32,000 nucleotides of DNA from Pyrodictium delaneyi (GCF_001412615.1 NZ_CP013011.1:1020001-1052000); one strand, 5' to 3'. Shown: positions 17,049-26,217, numbered from the stretch's first letter. Numbers and translations: made by a program. Notes: a model not told the origin generated them from the sequence alone.

Positions 17049-17486
17049 TCATTTCATAAACTTCCTAAGTCCAGTATTTGTGACTATGGCGATGAATTCA
17101 TCCAAACTTACTCCATTGTTTAATACTTCATCGTCTATCCTAATTCTACCGGTATTTGTCTCCTTGACTTGATCTATGGGTATAAGCTTCCATCCCTTGT
17201 GTGGTCTCTTTACAGCTATTAATGGAGTTGCGCCCGCCCGCCGTGAAAATTCGATAAGCTTCTCTAGCTGTGTCCTATCTATGTATATTGGCGCATTATC
17301 ACGCCTATACTTAACTTCTATTGCATATATTCTTCCTTTAAAGATTGCGACTATATCTGGATATGCTGCTAGCCTGGTTCTAGCCCCACTAGCTGGTGCT
17401 CTTATGACTGCAAAACCTTTACTCCAGAGCTTTCTTACCAGCTCTCTTTCGGCTTCGAATCCTCTTCTACGCCTGGCATTGTCCAT
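17049..17486 (-). CDS. hjc: Holliday junction resolvase Hjc
   Basis: 145 aa. GFEAERELVRKLWSKGFAVIRAPASG...PDIVAIFKGRIYAIEVKYR matches the archaeal Hjc catalytic core (E...PD...ExK). Confidence 0.9.
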   Translation of the reverse strand: MDNARRRRGFEAERELVRKLWSKGFAVIRAPASGARTRLAAYPDIVAIFKGRIYAIEVKYRRDNAPIYIDRTQLEKLIEFSRRAGATPLIAVKRPHKGWKLIPIDQVKETNTGRIRIDDEVLNNGVSLDEFIAIVTNTGLRKFMK

Positions 17487-17507
17487 ACTTCTCTCCCGTC
17501 ACATACC

Positions 17508-19067
17508 CTAACCTACCATATTGACGCGTATTGTAATACCATACTTATCTTCGAGCTTCTTAAGCCGTTTCATCTTTTTCATCAAAGTTTTAGCTGCTAT
17601 TCTAGGAACATTGACTATTACTAGATTATCTCTTACCTCTACATCTGCTCCAGGTATTATGCGTTCTACGAGACGCTTTATCTTATCAGCATAGGCCGAT
17701 GTCGCAACTTCTCTGACTGGAACCACGACCGTCTGCTCGCCGAATGTGTATATCTCGTATGCAAGCTCGTCTGTTAGTGCGTCACGTACCTCCACGACTG
17801 GTCTAGCCAGATCTGCCTCGCGCAACCCTGTTGGCAACTTTACGGTCATTCGCAACTCATAGACTTTCTCAACGCGTCCCTTGTCTATGAATATCACTGT
17901 ATCTATAATGCTTGGCAGCATGCCTATATCTACTCTTCGGATAAATCTCTGTACTGCATCTATAGGCGTGGTAGCGTGAACAACACCTATCATACCTATG
18001 CCCGCTAGCCTAAGGTCTATATATAGACGGAAGTCCTGGTCGTCGCGTAGCTCGTCAAATACCGTATAGTCGGGTCTGCTTAGTAGCAGTATATCGTGTA
18101 ACTCCCCTATATCTGCGTAATTCTTGGAGTATTGCGTTATATCTGGTGGAAGCAGCATATCGCGAGGAGACTCTATCGTTTTTACAATTTTTCCTTTGCT
18201 TGCATAGTATTCTGCTAGTGCCTGTGCGAACGTTGTTTTACCCATTCCAGGTGCGCCAGCTATCAGTATACCTTCAGCACGCTCATCAAGCCTGCGTAGA
18301 AGTTTAGTTGGAAGTTTATAGTCCTCGAGCCGTAGGCGCTTCACAGGCCTTACTGCAGTTATTTCCCAGCCCTCGCTTAATGGTGGCCTGGTTATTACAA
18401 TTCTGTATCTACCAAGCTGTATGATTGTTGATCCTGCCCGGTCTATCTCTATAAATCCGTCGGGTCTACGCCGAGCTACTTCGACTATTTCTCTAGCAAT
18501 AGCTTCTACTTCTTCGCGTGAAAGAGGTTTTGATGAAAGATCCACTAGCACCCAGTTACCCGGAGTTCCTTTCTTTGCACGCGGTGGACTCCCCTCTTTG
18601 AGATGAACACTCATAGTGTTGTCATCAAAGAACTCATCTATTCTTAGTTTTTCTTCGCGCCGAGGTTGAATATACACTACACTGATTCCCATAGCTTCTG
18701 CTACGAGAGCTTGCACTCTATCTGCAGTTATTAGTGTTGCACCTACTTCATAGGCATACTCCCGTATTAATGCATCTATAGCACCATATCGTGCTCCTTT
18801 AATATCATACATTGAAGGCCTCTGTCCAGCTATTTCGAAATCTATTAATCCTTGAACCGCTAGCTCTCTTAATCGTTTTACTTCGTCGAGGCCTGCATAT
18901 CCGGTTGCCTTGCCCTGATTAGCCTGGTTCTCTAGTTCTGCAAGCACTGCTCTATGGATTATTATTTTGCCTCTAAGTTTTCCTTCTACCACAAGTTTCG
19001 ATACTACTCCTTCTATGAGTACACTTGTATCCGGAACGTACGCTGGTGTATGCTCAAAGCTATACAC
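17508..19067 (-). CDS. PIN domain - PilT/PhoH-like ATPase - KH domain protein (archaeal COG1855-type)
   Basis: 519 aa, GTG start. N-terminal PIN (YVPDTSVLIEG...), Walker A AGAPGMGKTT, VFDELRD Walker B, C-terminal KH-like VIVNVPRIAAKTLMKKMKRLKKLEDKYGITIRV. Confidence 0.8.
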   Translation of the reverse strand: MYSFEHTPAYVPDTSVLIEGVVSKLVVEGKLRGKIIIHRAVLAELENQANQGKATGYAGLDEVKRLRELAVQGLIDFEIAGQRPSMYDIKGARYGAIDALIREYAYEVGATLITADRVQALVAEAMGISVVYIQPRREEKLRIDEFFDDNTMSVHLKEGSPPRAKKGTPGNWVLVDLSSKPLSREEVEAIAREIVEVARRRPDGFIEIDRAGSTIIQLGRYRIVITRPPLSEGWEITAVRPVKRLRLEDYKLPTKLLRRLDERAEGILIAGAPGMGKTTFAQALAEYYASKGKIVKTIESPRDMLLPPDITQYSKNYADIGELHDILLLSRPDYTVFDELRDDQDFRLYIDLRLAGIGMIGVVHATTPIDAVQRFIRRVDIGMLPSIIDTVIFIDKGRVEKVYELRMTVKLPTGLREADLARPVVEVRDALTDELAYEIYTFGEQTVVVPVREVATSAYADKIKRLVERIIPGADVEVRDNLVIVNVPRIAAKTLMKKMKRLKKLEDKYGITIRVNMVG

Positions 19068-19216
19068 GGCTCTTTACAGCCCCCAACGAAGACTACGCAT
19101 CGGGCTGGCCCTATAGCTCTAATTCTTACCACTATCAGCCTCACACTGTTTTAGGTTCGCTTAGCTCCCTGCTGGAGTGCGCCTAGCATCCTCTTCTGAT
19201 TTTTCGGGCGAATGCA

Positions 19217-19435
19217 ATGCCTCGTGTACATATCGACGTACACAGACTTGCCTCAACACTAGTTGTACTTGGTTATGTATATGTTACAGTGGACCAGTTA
19301 GCATCTATACTAGGTGTGTCGACTAGAACAGCAGGTAGACTTCTGGCCGAAATGGCCAGACTAGGTCTAGCAAGACGTTGGAGCAGGAGGGCATATAAGC
19401 TAGAACTTCTACAGCTAACCGAGGTGAATAAGTAG
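19217..19435 (+). CDS. Small winged-helix DNA-binding protein
   Basis: 72 aa. VTVDQLASILGVSTRTAGRLLAEMARLGLARR is a wHTH recognition-helix pattern. Confidence 0.55.
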   Translation: MPRVHIDVHRLASTLVVLGYVYVTVDQLASILGVSTRTAGRLLAEMARLGLARRWSRRAYKLELLQLTEVNK

Positions 19436-19753
19436 TTGGCGAAACCGGTTAAACTAATACTAGTAACAGCAGATCATCATCCACAACATAAGCTATGGTT
19501 ACAGCTTGTAGACGAAGTAGCAAAAGAAACGGGTCTAAGCAAGGAAGTAAGGATAGAGGACTATGTTTTGCTAACCGAATACGGAGATACAGATGATCTA
19601 GGCATGCCATGGCTACCTCAGTTATTAGTTCAATTAGATGACAACTCGGTCAAAGTACTCATATCACGATTACCGCTTGACAAAAACTTGAAACCAGATG
19701 TCGAGGAAGCAAAACAGATAGTGATGAGCAAACTTAATGAGATAACGAATTAA
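19436..19753 (+). CDS. Hypothetical protein (105 aa), translationally coupled to the wHTH gene
   Basis: TTG start immediately after the upstream TAG stop. GAGGTGA lies 8 nt upstream of the TTG. No motif recognised. Confidence 0.55.
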   Translation: MAKPVKLILVTADHHPQHKLWLQLVDEVAKETGLSKEVRIEDYVLLTEYGDTDDLGMPWLPQLLVQLDDNSVKVLISRLPLDKNLKPDVEEAKQIVMSKLNEITN

Positions 19754-20269
19754 CACTATCTACAATATTTTGTTTCTTCAATATTGTTGTAGTAGTGATA
19801 TCCGTGTTTAATCCGACACATGGCTTAGCTTTATAAATTGATGATTTGCAAACGTAAAATATGCAGACCATGTAAGCCTCAAACGTGTGATATTATATGC
19901 ATACAACTGTTCCTCTAGTATCCTACACTCCTACCACTATTGCGTCGTCCGTAAGATGCTTGAAGTTGTCATTGCATCAAACAACAATATGCTATTTTGA
20001 CTTTGACTTCAAAATACGGAGATACTCGCATACTCATTATAACCGTTAGAGAATAGAGTTTCACAGTGTACAACGAACTGTTTCTCATAAGTTCAGAACA
20101 ACTTCGTGATACCATTTGGTTTATGCTCCAGTAAATGATGGACACACTTAACATAGCATATACCTATATATAGTGGGGCGATCCAAGCGTTCCAAACCGA
20201 GATAATTATGCGACGATAGCCTAGTAATACTATGGCTTAAGTCTTACCTATCCATAGGGTGAACTAGGT

Positions 20270-20794
20270 ATGAAAGTACTTGTGATAAGAGCTGATGAGG
20301 GAAAACTTACATCATCTGAGATAATAGATGGAGACTATAATGCGATTGCCAAAGAAGTTGTCAAGAGAGCTTTAGAAGAATGGAACCCCGGAGAAAGCGA
20401 CCTAACAGCAATAAGGACCAAGCTTGAGCTACGCTATAAACTGCCTATAGACCCAGATCTTTACGACAAGATAATGGATTTAAACCTAGAGCTGGTACGT
20501 GAAGGTAACGAACTCATAGTAAATCTTCCCGTCCTAACCATAAGCTTTGACAATGCATGGTTAGACGATGCCTATCTAGATAGACGCATGTATATAGTAT
20601 CAATATACTTAGATGACGCTGCAAAACAGCAGCTCGAGGAATATGCTATAGAAGCCACCAAGGAACCAAAGAGAATTGATACCGGTCAATCAATAACACT
20701 AGGTGAAGAGGAGCTAAGACGGCTTGAAGAGGGTCTAACAGAGATAGAAGAGGAAAAACCTAAGCGTCGCAGAAGCAAGAGAAAGAAGAAGTAA
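20270..20794 (+). CDS. Acidic hypothetical protein with C-terminal KPKRRRSKRKKK tail
   Basis: 174 aa. GGTGA lies 7 nt upstream of the ATG. Coiled-coil-like acidic C-terminal region followed by a basic tail. Confidence 0.6.
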   Translation: MKVLVIRADEGKLTSSEIIDGDYNAIAKEVVKRALEEWNPGESDLTAIRTKLELRYKLPIDPDLYDKIMDLNLELVREGNELIVNLPVLTISFDNAWLDDAYLDRRMYIVSIYLDDAAKQQLEEYAIEATKEPKRIDTGQSITLGEEELRRLEEGLTEIEEEKPKRRRSKRKKK

Positions 20795-20835
20795 AAAACA
20801 TATTTCAATTAAACTCACTATTGTTATGTTCTTAG

Positions 20836-23800
20836 TCAACGTCTGAAGAATAATTCAAGTCTTGATGAACCTATTACCTCGTCCCATGACATATTTATAG
20901 CTAATAGCAATTGTTCAAATACGCTCTTAACACTCTCAATATACTTTTCGGCATCTACCTCAGGTAGACGTGCAAGCTGGACAGGCTTTACGCCTTCTTT
21001 ACCCTTAACTTTGACAAATGATATAACGTCGCCTGGTAGAACTTGAACGCCAGCTCTAATTAGTTGTTTAGCAGCTTTAACATGTTGCGGTGTATTCTTG
21101 GTGTATGCTTCAACCGGCTTATTTAACGCCATACGTATAGCCAGCTCATCAAGATTGAACTCCATATCTCGTAGACCGTGGTAGACTTTTCTTAGCCTTT
21201 CTCTGATTGCGTTGCGCACTCTAATGAAGTCTTCTGGACTTTTTACAGAGCCGAGTATGGCTAGTATTTCGATAAACTCCTTCTTAAGGAATTCTGGGGT
21301 GTTACGCTTCTTAGCTACGAGGCCTTTAACGTCTACACTTCCATCCTCGTATGCGCCTATGTAGTTCTTCTTTAGGCCGCTAAACGTTACGAACTTGTAT
21401 ACTTTATCAACCTCAAGATCCAAGCCAAAATTCTTCTCCACATATTCTTGTAGCTCCTTGAGCCCTTCTTCGCTTGGATTCCAGATAAATAGAGAGTCTG
21501 TATCTCCATATAGCACTTTTAAGCCTATTTCGCCTGCCTTTTGCAACGTTTGCCTAATAGTGTACCTCCCTATAGCTGTAACACTTTCAGCTACAGGAGG
21601 TGCATAGAAGGGGAACGTCTCGGCACCGAATACACCGTAGCTAGCATTTATGTATACCTTCATAGCTGCTTGCACAGTATTGTACCATGCACGCTGCAAG
21701 TCTGGCAGAGACTTGTCCTTAGCTTTCTTCTTGTATATTTTCACACGATAGTCCCTGAGCAGACCAACTATCTGTGATGTAAGCCCGGGAATGCTCATAC
21801 AAACCTTATGTCCTACATCGGGTACTTCTACAAGTTTAGAGCCAGGACAGTATACAGGATTAACTGTTTCATAGCTCAGATTCCATCTCTTAATGATGCT
21901 CGGATATAGGCTCGCAAAGTCCAATACCACAACATTGAAGTAGATACCGCTAGGCGGGTCGAGAACTAAAGCACCTTGATACTTCTTGCCCTTTATCAAG
22001 GCTTCAGACTTTGTACCACCTTTCAGCTTTATTATCTCGTCCTTCGTAGGTATTAGGTAGCCCCTCCTCCTATGCTCCCAGTAGAATAGACTCTTAATCC
22101 ATGCCGAGACTTGACTACGCGTAACATCTTCTAGGGGAAGCTTAGATATACGCATCAAGAGCACTATCAATGTCCATACAAGGTCGTTATTGAAGCTTGT
22201 AAGCTTTAGTGTCAGGTCCGCGTCACGCACGTTATATCTTATAAGATCGAAGAATGAGAGATCACTCACTGTAGACTCTATCTCTACTTTGCGTTCTCCA
22301 AGCAGTGCTGAGGCTATGGCGTCTAGCGTGAATTCACGGTAGGCGTTACCAAAAGCGTATGTTTGTATGGCCTTTATGCTAAAGAACTTGTACAAGTCTA
22401 TATGGAAACCGTAAACTACAGTCATATAATCGCCTTTGACGCGGAACGGGATGAATTCGCGCGGTATGCCTAGTTTCACTGCCCTGTTGTACAAGTAAGG
22501 GAAGTCGAAGTTGTCGCCGTTAAAGCTGAGTACAATCGGGTAATTGGCTATTATACGGAACGTTTCTAGGATAAGTGCACGTTCGTCATCAAATATCTCT
22601 ATATGAAGATTGTCAGGGAGAGGCTCATTAGGCTGCTCCATGGGCATACCAGGTCGTGCAAGAACGAATATAGCGCGCCAACCTTCGTCCGAGGAAAATG
22701 CGACGCTTATAACTGGGTAACTAGCATTAGTTGCATCAGGTATCCTTCCTTTGAAAGGCGTGAATACCTCAATGTCTATAGCTACCCTACGAGGTTTGGG
22801 CGGGGGCTGCTCGAATAGTGGGAACCACTTAACAGCCATCTCTATAGTGCTCTCGTCCTCACCACTAAATATTTCGCGAATACGCTTCTCGTCTTCCTTA
22901 CTAGGCTCTATATCCACTGCAACCAGTCTTCCGTTTTCTACCCTATACCTCATCCCTGGTATCAAACCGTAATCGTATATATAGTTATGATGAAACTTGA
23001 TATTCGCCTCCCAGGCACGTGGAACTTTGTCACGTAGAATACGCACTACATCAGGAGTCTTCACTACTATCTTTGTAACCTTCCTCTGTTGCCATCTGAG
23101 CAAGTCAAACTTTTCAACAACCTCAACATGGTCAAAACCCTTATGTCTAACTATGTCCGGAATTTCCTGAATCTTATCAGGAGGTATATCGGTTAAGAAG
23201 TAGGGTTTGTACCCTGTCTTGTCCCTGTATATATAAACTACTCCTTCACGGTCATCATAGATCTTAGCAGCGGCAACACTAGTTTCACTGTCATAAACAG
23301 TCTGAAGCAGGAAACCTTCAACACCACTTACCGCTTCTCGAGGTTTCCTTACAAGCGGATGAGAGGAAAGTTTCTCAAAGAAGCTGACCCTACGCTCACC
23401 AAGTATTAGCTTAGGCTTGTCATGTTCTACTTCTCTCTCAACATTATTGTACATATCCTTTTTAGCGTCTCTGCCGACACCCCGTACATCCTCTAGCACG
23501 CCTCCACTTGTTATGCCTACGCTACTGCTTATGCTGCCGTACTGTCTACTCGAAGCATAGACACTATTACTCACTATTTCTCCCTTTATGCCACTGTTCT
23601 CTGTATCACTACCACCGCCCTCAGCCCTACGAGATATTTCGGACAGAAGCTCACGAAATTTATTCTCATAAATCTCCTCAACGGAGCCAATGCCGCTTCT
23701 AAAACCACTACCAGTATCTCTGGGGTTAGCAGTAGCTCTAGCCCCTCTATACTCCTCAATACCCTTCTTGTTGTCGGATTTCGTACTGGGTGCTAGAAAC

Positions 23801-23865
23801 TCAAGCAGGTTCCTCTCGCCGGTGCGTCTTCGCACACGCCTTGGCACACAACGCCCCCATACCAT
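20836..23865 (-). CDS. polB: Family B DNA polymerase (PolB1/Dpo1-like) with extended N-terminus
   Basis: 1009 aa. Exo I AIDIEVF, Exo II NGDNFDFPYL, Pol A LDFASLYPSII, Pol C YGDTDS. The N-terminal peptide NLLEFLAPSTKS resembles the Sulfolobus Dpo1 N-terminus as I remember it. GTG 23835 is an alternative start. Confidence 0.9.
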   Translation of the reverse strand: MVWGRCVPRRVRRRTGERNLLEFLAPSTKSDNKKGIEEYRGARATANPRDTGSGFRSGIGSVEEIYENKFRELLSEISRRAEGGGSDTENSGIKGEIVSNSVYASSRQYGSISSSVGITSGGVLEDVRGVGRDAKKDMYNNVEREVEHDKPKLILGERRVSFFEKLSSHPLVRKPREAVSGVEGFLLQTVYDSETSVAAAKIYDDREGVVYIYRDKTGYKPYFLTDIPPDKIQEIPDIVRHKGFDHVEVVEKFDLLRWQQRKVTKIVVKTPDVVRILRDKVPRAWEANIKFHHNYIYDYGLIPGMRYRVENGRLVAVDIEPSKEDEKRIREIFSGEDESTIEMAVKWFPLFEQPPPKPRRVAIDIEVFTPFKGRIPDATNASYPVISVAFSSDEGWRAIFVLARPGMPMEQPNEPLPDNLHIEIFDDERALILETFRIIANYPIVLSFNGDNFDFPYLYNRAVKLGIPREFIPFRVKGDYMTVVYGFHIDLYKFFSIKAIQTYAFGNAYREFTLDAIASALLGERKVEIESTVSDLSFFDLIRYNVRDADLTLKLTSFNNDLVWTLIVLLMRISKLPLEDVTRSQVSAWIKSLFYWEHRRRGYLIPTKDEIIKLKGGTKSEALIKGKKYQGALVLDPPSGIYFNVVVLDFASLYPSIIKRWNLSYETVNPVYCPGSKLVEVPDVGHKVCMSIPGLTSQIVGLLRDYRVKIYKKKAKDKSLPDLQRAWYNTVQAAMKVYINASYGVFGAETFPFYAPPVAESVTAIGRYTIRQTLQKAGEIGLKVLYGDTDSLFIWNPSEEGLKELQEYVEKNFGLDLEVDKVYKFVTFSGLKKNYIGAYEDGSVDVKGLVAKKRNTPEFLKKEFIEILAILGSVKSPEDFIRVRNAIRERLRKVYHGLRDMEFNLDELAIRMALNKPVEAYTKNTPQHVKAAKQLIRAGVQVLPGDVISFVKVKGKEGVKPVQLARLPEVDAEKYIESVKSVFEQLLLAINMSWDEVIGSSRLELFFRR

Positions 23866-23941
23866 GCTACTCTAATGTAACACCGTATAAGGTGGTTGAC
23901 CTATAACACCATAAGGGTTCAACGCGGAATCACATGTAATG

Positions 23942-23951
23942 CTTAAAAAGG
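23942..23951 (+). promoter_or_regulatory. TATA-like box CTTAAAAAGG upstream of the tRNA
   Basis: A/T box ~40 nt upstream of tRNA position 1. The spacing is longer than the usual -26, which implies a short leader. Confidence 0.3.
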
Positions 23952-23988
23952 GATTCACACTGGAAGAATTCCATCGGCAGAGCAAAGT

Positions 23989-24066
23989 GGGCCCGTAGTC
24001 TAGCCAGGATAGGACGCCGGCCTGCGGAGCCGGTAGTCCGGGGTTCAAATCCCCGCGGGCCCGCCA
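23989..24066 (+). tRNA. tRNA-Arg (anticodon GCG), CCA encoded, no intron
   Basis: Folded by hand. Acceptor GGGCCCG/CGGGCCC. D arm GTCT/GGAC. Anticodon stem CCGGC/GCCGG with loop CTGCGGA. Variable loop TAGTC. T arm CGGGG-TTCAAAT-CCCCG. Discriminator G followed by CCA. Confidence 0.92.
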
Positions 24067-24150
24067 ATAATCACCTTACATAGCATACACGACTATCCAA
24101 CACGTTAGGCTCTTGCAGCTTTCTGTCTACTCCGGTCTTGGGGTTTCTGT

Positions 24151-25155
24151 ATGAGGTTACCAGTATGGTGTACATGGTGTAAAGATAGTGTTACACGCAA
24201 TGGATTAACGCCCGGCGATCTCCTAATAACCGATAATGGCAATGTACTACTCTATGTAAGACGCATCCACGGCACAGATGTAATTGTAGTACCCAAATAC
24301 ACAGCTGGCAATGGTCCATGGAGTGTGGCTTATTTCACCACCCTAAAGCGTATCATCAAAACATACTCCCCCAAAGACGTTGACATAGCAGCCAGAATTA
24401 TTGACTCCGTATATAGTCCTAATTATGGCGTCAAAATACCAGTTCTAAGTCTGAGTAATTTTAGAGGACTCCTCTGTACCCTCAGGCCACCACTACACGA
24501 TATCATAGACGAACTGAACGAGTTTACTGACAGCGTATGGAGCATGCTGTCAGAGACTCTGCCCGGACTCACGGAGTGCGGGAGGCCGACCGGGTCCGCG
24601 CTAATGGGTTCCCTTAGAAGCTTCTCGGATATAGACGTAGTTTATGTAACTGATAGGCTTGCTTGCTGGAAGACACTAGACGAGCATACCCAGAATAAGC
24701 ATATCCAACCTCTTCCCCCCAGAGAGCTTCAAGAATGGGCCAACCGTGAAGCTTCTACACGTGGTCTACCGCCTGGACTTGTAGCAAAACTCTATCGCCC
24801 TTGGGCACGCTTTGTCCTAGGGAGACGAATTGTGTCGCTTGTATTTGCCTCGGCCTTTGCACGGTGGAAAGAAGAACGTAGAGTCGTTATTCCAGGCAAC
24901 AAGGTTAAAGAGATTGTGGTCAGAGTCGAGCCACGAAACATTGAACTAGCAGACTTTCCCGCAATAGTTGAAACACTAGAGGGCATCTATCTGGTAGTCT
25001 ATGACGGGCTATTTGTCCCTCCACTGTACGATGGGGGCCGGTTTAGGGTACGTGGCATCACCTCTAAGATTTTGACCGAAAGTGGGGAATTCGATGCACT
25101 AATCATAGGTGCCCGTGAAGCTGTCACTTTTCTTGAACCGTTGCAGCATCCCTAA
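24151..25155 (+). CDS. Predicted nucleotidyltransferase (Pol-beta superfamily) with OB-like C-terminal domain
   Basis: 334 aa. TGSALMGSLRSFSDIDVVYVTD fits the GS-x(9-10)-DxD minimal NTase signature. The C-terminal beta-rich region (VRVEPRNIELADFPAIVE...FRVRG) is OB-like. Confidence 0.5.
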   Translation: MRLPVWCTWCKDSVTRNGLTPGDLLITDNGNVLLYVRRIHGTDVIVVPKYTAGNGPWSVAYFTTLKRIIKTYSPKDVDIAARIIDSVYSPNYGVKIPVLSLSNFRGLLCTLRPPLHDIIDELNEFTDSVWSMLSETLPGLTECGRPTGSALMGSLRSFSDIDVVYVTDRLACWKTLDEHTQNKHIQPLPPRELQEWANREASTRGLPPGLVAKLYRPWARFVLGRRIVSLVFASAFARWKEERRVVIPGNKVKEIVVRVEPRNIELADFPAIVETLEGIYLVVYDGLFVPPLYDGGRFRVRGITSKILTESGEFDALIIGAREAVTFLEPLQHP

Positions 25156-25184
25156 AACAAGGTTAATGCTTTGGAGAAGGATAG

Positions 25185-25544
25185 TTAGCTTGTTGCCTCT
25201 ACCTCAATATTCTTCTTTAGTAACTCCATAGCCTTCTTAAGCGCTTTTTCTTTCTCTTCACTATTCTCCGCCGTTATCGCCTCTACTACGGCTGCGAACA
25301 GTTTGTATAGATTTATTATCTCTTCTCTAAGTTTGCCTGTCTTCTCTTCCAGATCTGTTATACGCGTATTCATTGTATCCATTAGTACATCTAAAGTATG
25401 GAGTACCTCCTCTAACCCCTCAACACCATGATGATGGTGGTGGTGATCATGGTGATGATGGGACTCACTAACTTCTTCCACGACCTTCTGTAAATCATCC
25501 TCTTTCTTGGGCAAAGTCATACGCATACGTTTACCCATATTCAT
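25185..25544 (-). CDS. His-rich coiled-coil protein
   Basis: 119 aa containing SESHHHHDHHHHHHG (11 His in 12 residues), followed by heptad-like E/K/L-rich sequence. Confidence 0.6.
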   Translation of the reverse strand: MNMGKRMRMTLPKKEDDLQKVVEEVSESHHHHDHHHHHHGVEGLEEVLHTLDVLMDTMNTRITDLEEKTGKLREEIINLYKLFAAVVEAITAENSEEKEKALKKAMELLKKNIEVEATS

Positions 25545-25574
25545 GCACCGTTACACGCTATAGGCATGCGGGGT

Positions 25575-25904
25575 TTAACTCTGGTCCGCCTCCTCAAAAA
25601 CCTCCTCCTTATCCTCTACATCACTTTCTCTTACAATATCACTACTATATTGTATAGCATTAGCCAAATACATTATAACCTTCTTAGCCGCTCTATAGTC
25701 GATACACTTAGTCTCATACACAACCCCGCTATTATCTTCAATTACTACACGTTTCATGCCGGGTATACCACAATCTTCCAGCCAATAGCTCTTCACAAGG
25801 CCTACCGCGGCCATGCCCTCCAGCTGAGCAACGTACAAGCGTCTACGCTGACCAGCCATAGCGTCCATGCCGCCCCATCCCTTTGCCATAAGTTTTGTAT
25901 CCAT
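25575..25904 (-). CDS. Hypothetical protein (109 aa)
   Basis: Preferred over the overlapping plus-strand 131-aa ORF on composition (charged, acidic tail EDKEEVFEEADQS). Lies 30 nt upstream of the His-rich gene on the same strand. Confidence 0.5.
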   Translation of the reverse strand: MDTKLMAKGWGGMDAMAGQRRRLYVAQLEGMAAVGLVKSYWLEDCGIPGMKRVVIEDNSGVVYETKCIDYRAAKKVIMYLANAIQYSSDIVRESDVEDKEEVFEEADQS

Positions 25905-25943
25905 CTTAACTCTACCGCTGAAAACTATGGTGAATCTACTATC

Positions 25944-26162
25944 CTAGTGACAGTGAAGTAGAGCAATTAGAGACGATAGAAGAGCCAGTAGTATCGCTAC
26001 CCTGTTTACAATAAGTATAGCATCTGGCCTCCTGCTACGACTCACGAACACTCGCTGCAAAAGCATTCCAGTAGCTGCCAGCGATAGACCCGCCCCAGCT
26101 ATGACTATTGTCGAGTCCCCGCATACCCACGTCAGTTCACGCCACCCACACAAGTAGGGCAA
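25944..26162 (-). CDS. Possible small two-TM membrane protein (72 aa, TTG start)
   Basis: Hydrophobic stretches TIVIAGAGLSLAATGMLL and VAILLALLSSLIALL. Non-ATG start and no clear SD, so weakly supported. Confidence 0.3.
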   Translation of the reverse strand: MPYLCGWRELTWVCGDSTIVIAGAGLSLAATGMLLQRVFVSRSRRPDAILIVNRVAILLALLSSLIALLHCH

Positions 26163-26186
26163 AGCCGAGGGTCTTTAGCCAGGCCG

Positions 26187-26194
26187 TTAAATAG
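26187..26194 (+). promoter_or_regulatory. TATA box TTAAATAG for the leaderless gene at 26218
   Basis: Centred ~28 nt upstream of ATG 26218, the typical spacing for a crenarchaeal leaderless transcript. Confidence 0.4.
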
Positions 26195-26217
26195 GCTAAA
26201 CTGCGGGTACGGGAATT

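Noticed and set aside
20127-20138. TCCAGTAAATGA, resembling half of an archaeal origin recognition box (TCCAGTGGAAATGA)
   Set aside because: It is a single imperfect copy with no inverted partner, no additional ORB elements and no orc1/cdc6 gene in the window.
20836-23865. Intein or mobile insertion in the long polymerase gene
   Set aside because: The polymerase motifs are contiguous. No Cys/Ser-...-HN-Cys splice-junction blocks or LAGLIDADG motifs were seen. The extra length is the N-terminal low-complexity segment.
23972-23985. 14-nt exact repeat CATCGGCAGAGCAA, just upstream of the tRNA and again at 30699-30712
   Set aside because: A few 14-mer coincidences are expected by chance in 32 kb when both strands are considered. 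There is no flanking similarity and no integrase nearby, so it is not credible as an att site.
25566-25961. 131-aa plus-strand ORF
   Set aside because: Its composition is low-complexity and hydrophobic/Ser-Thr-rich. It fully overlaps a better minus-strand ORF that sits in an operon-like arrangement.
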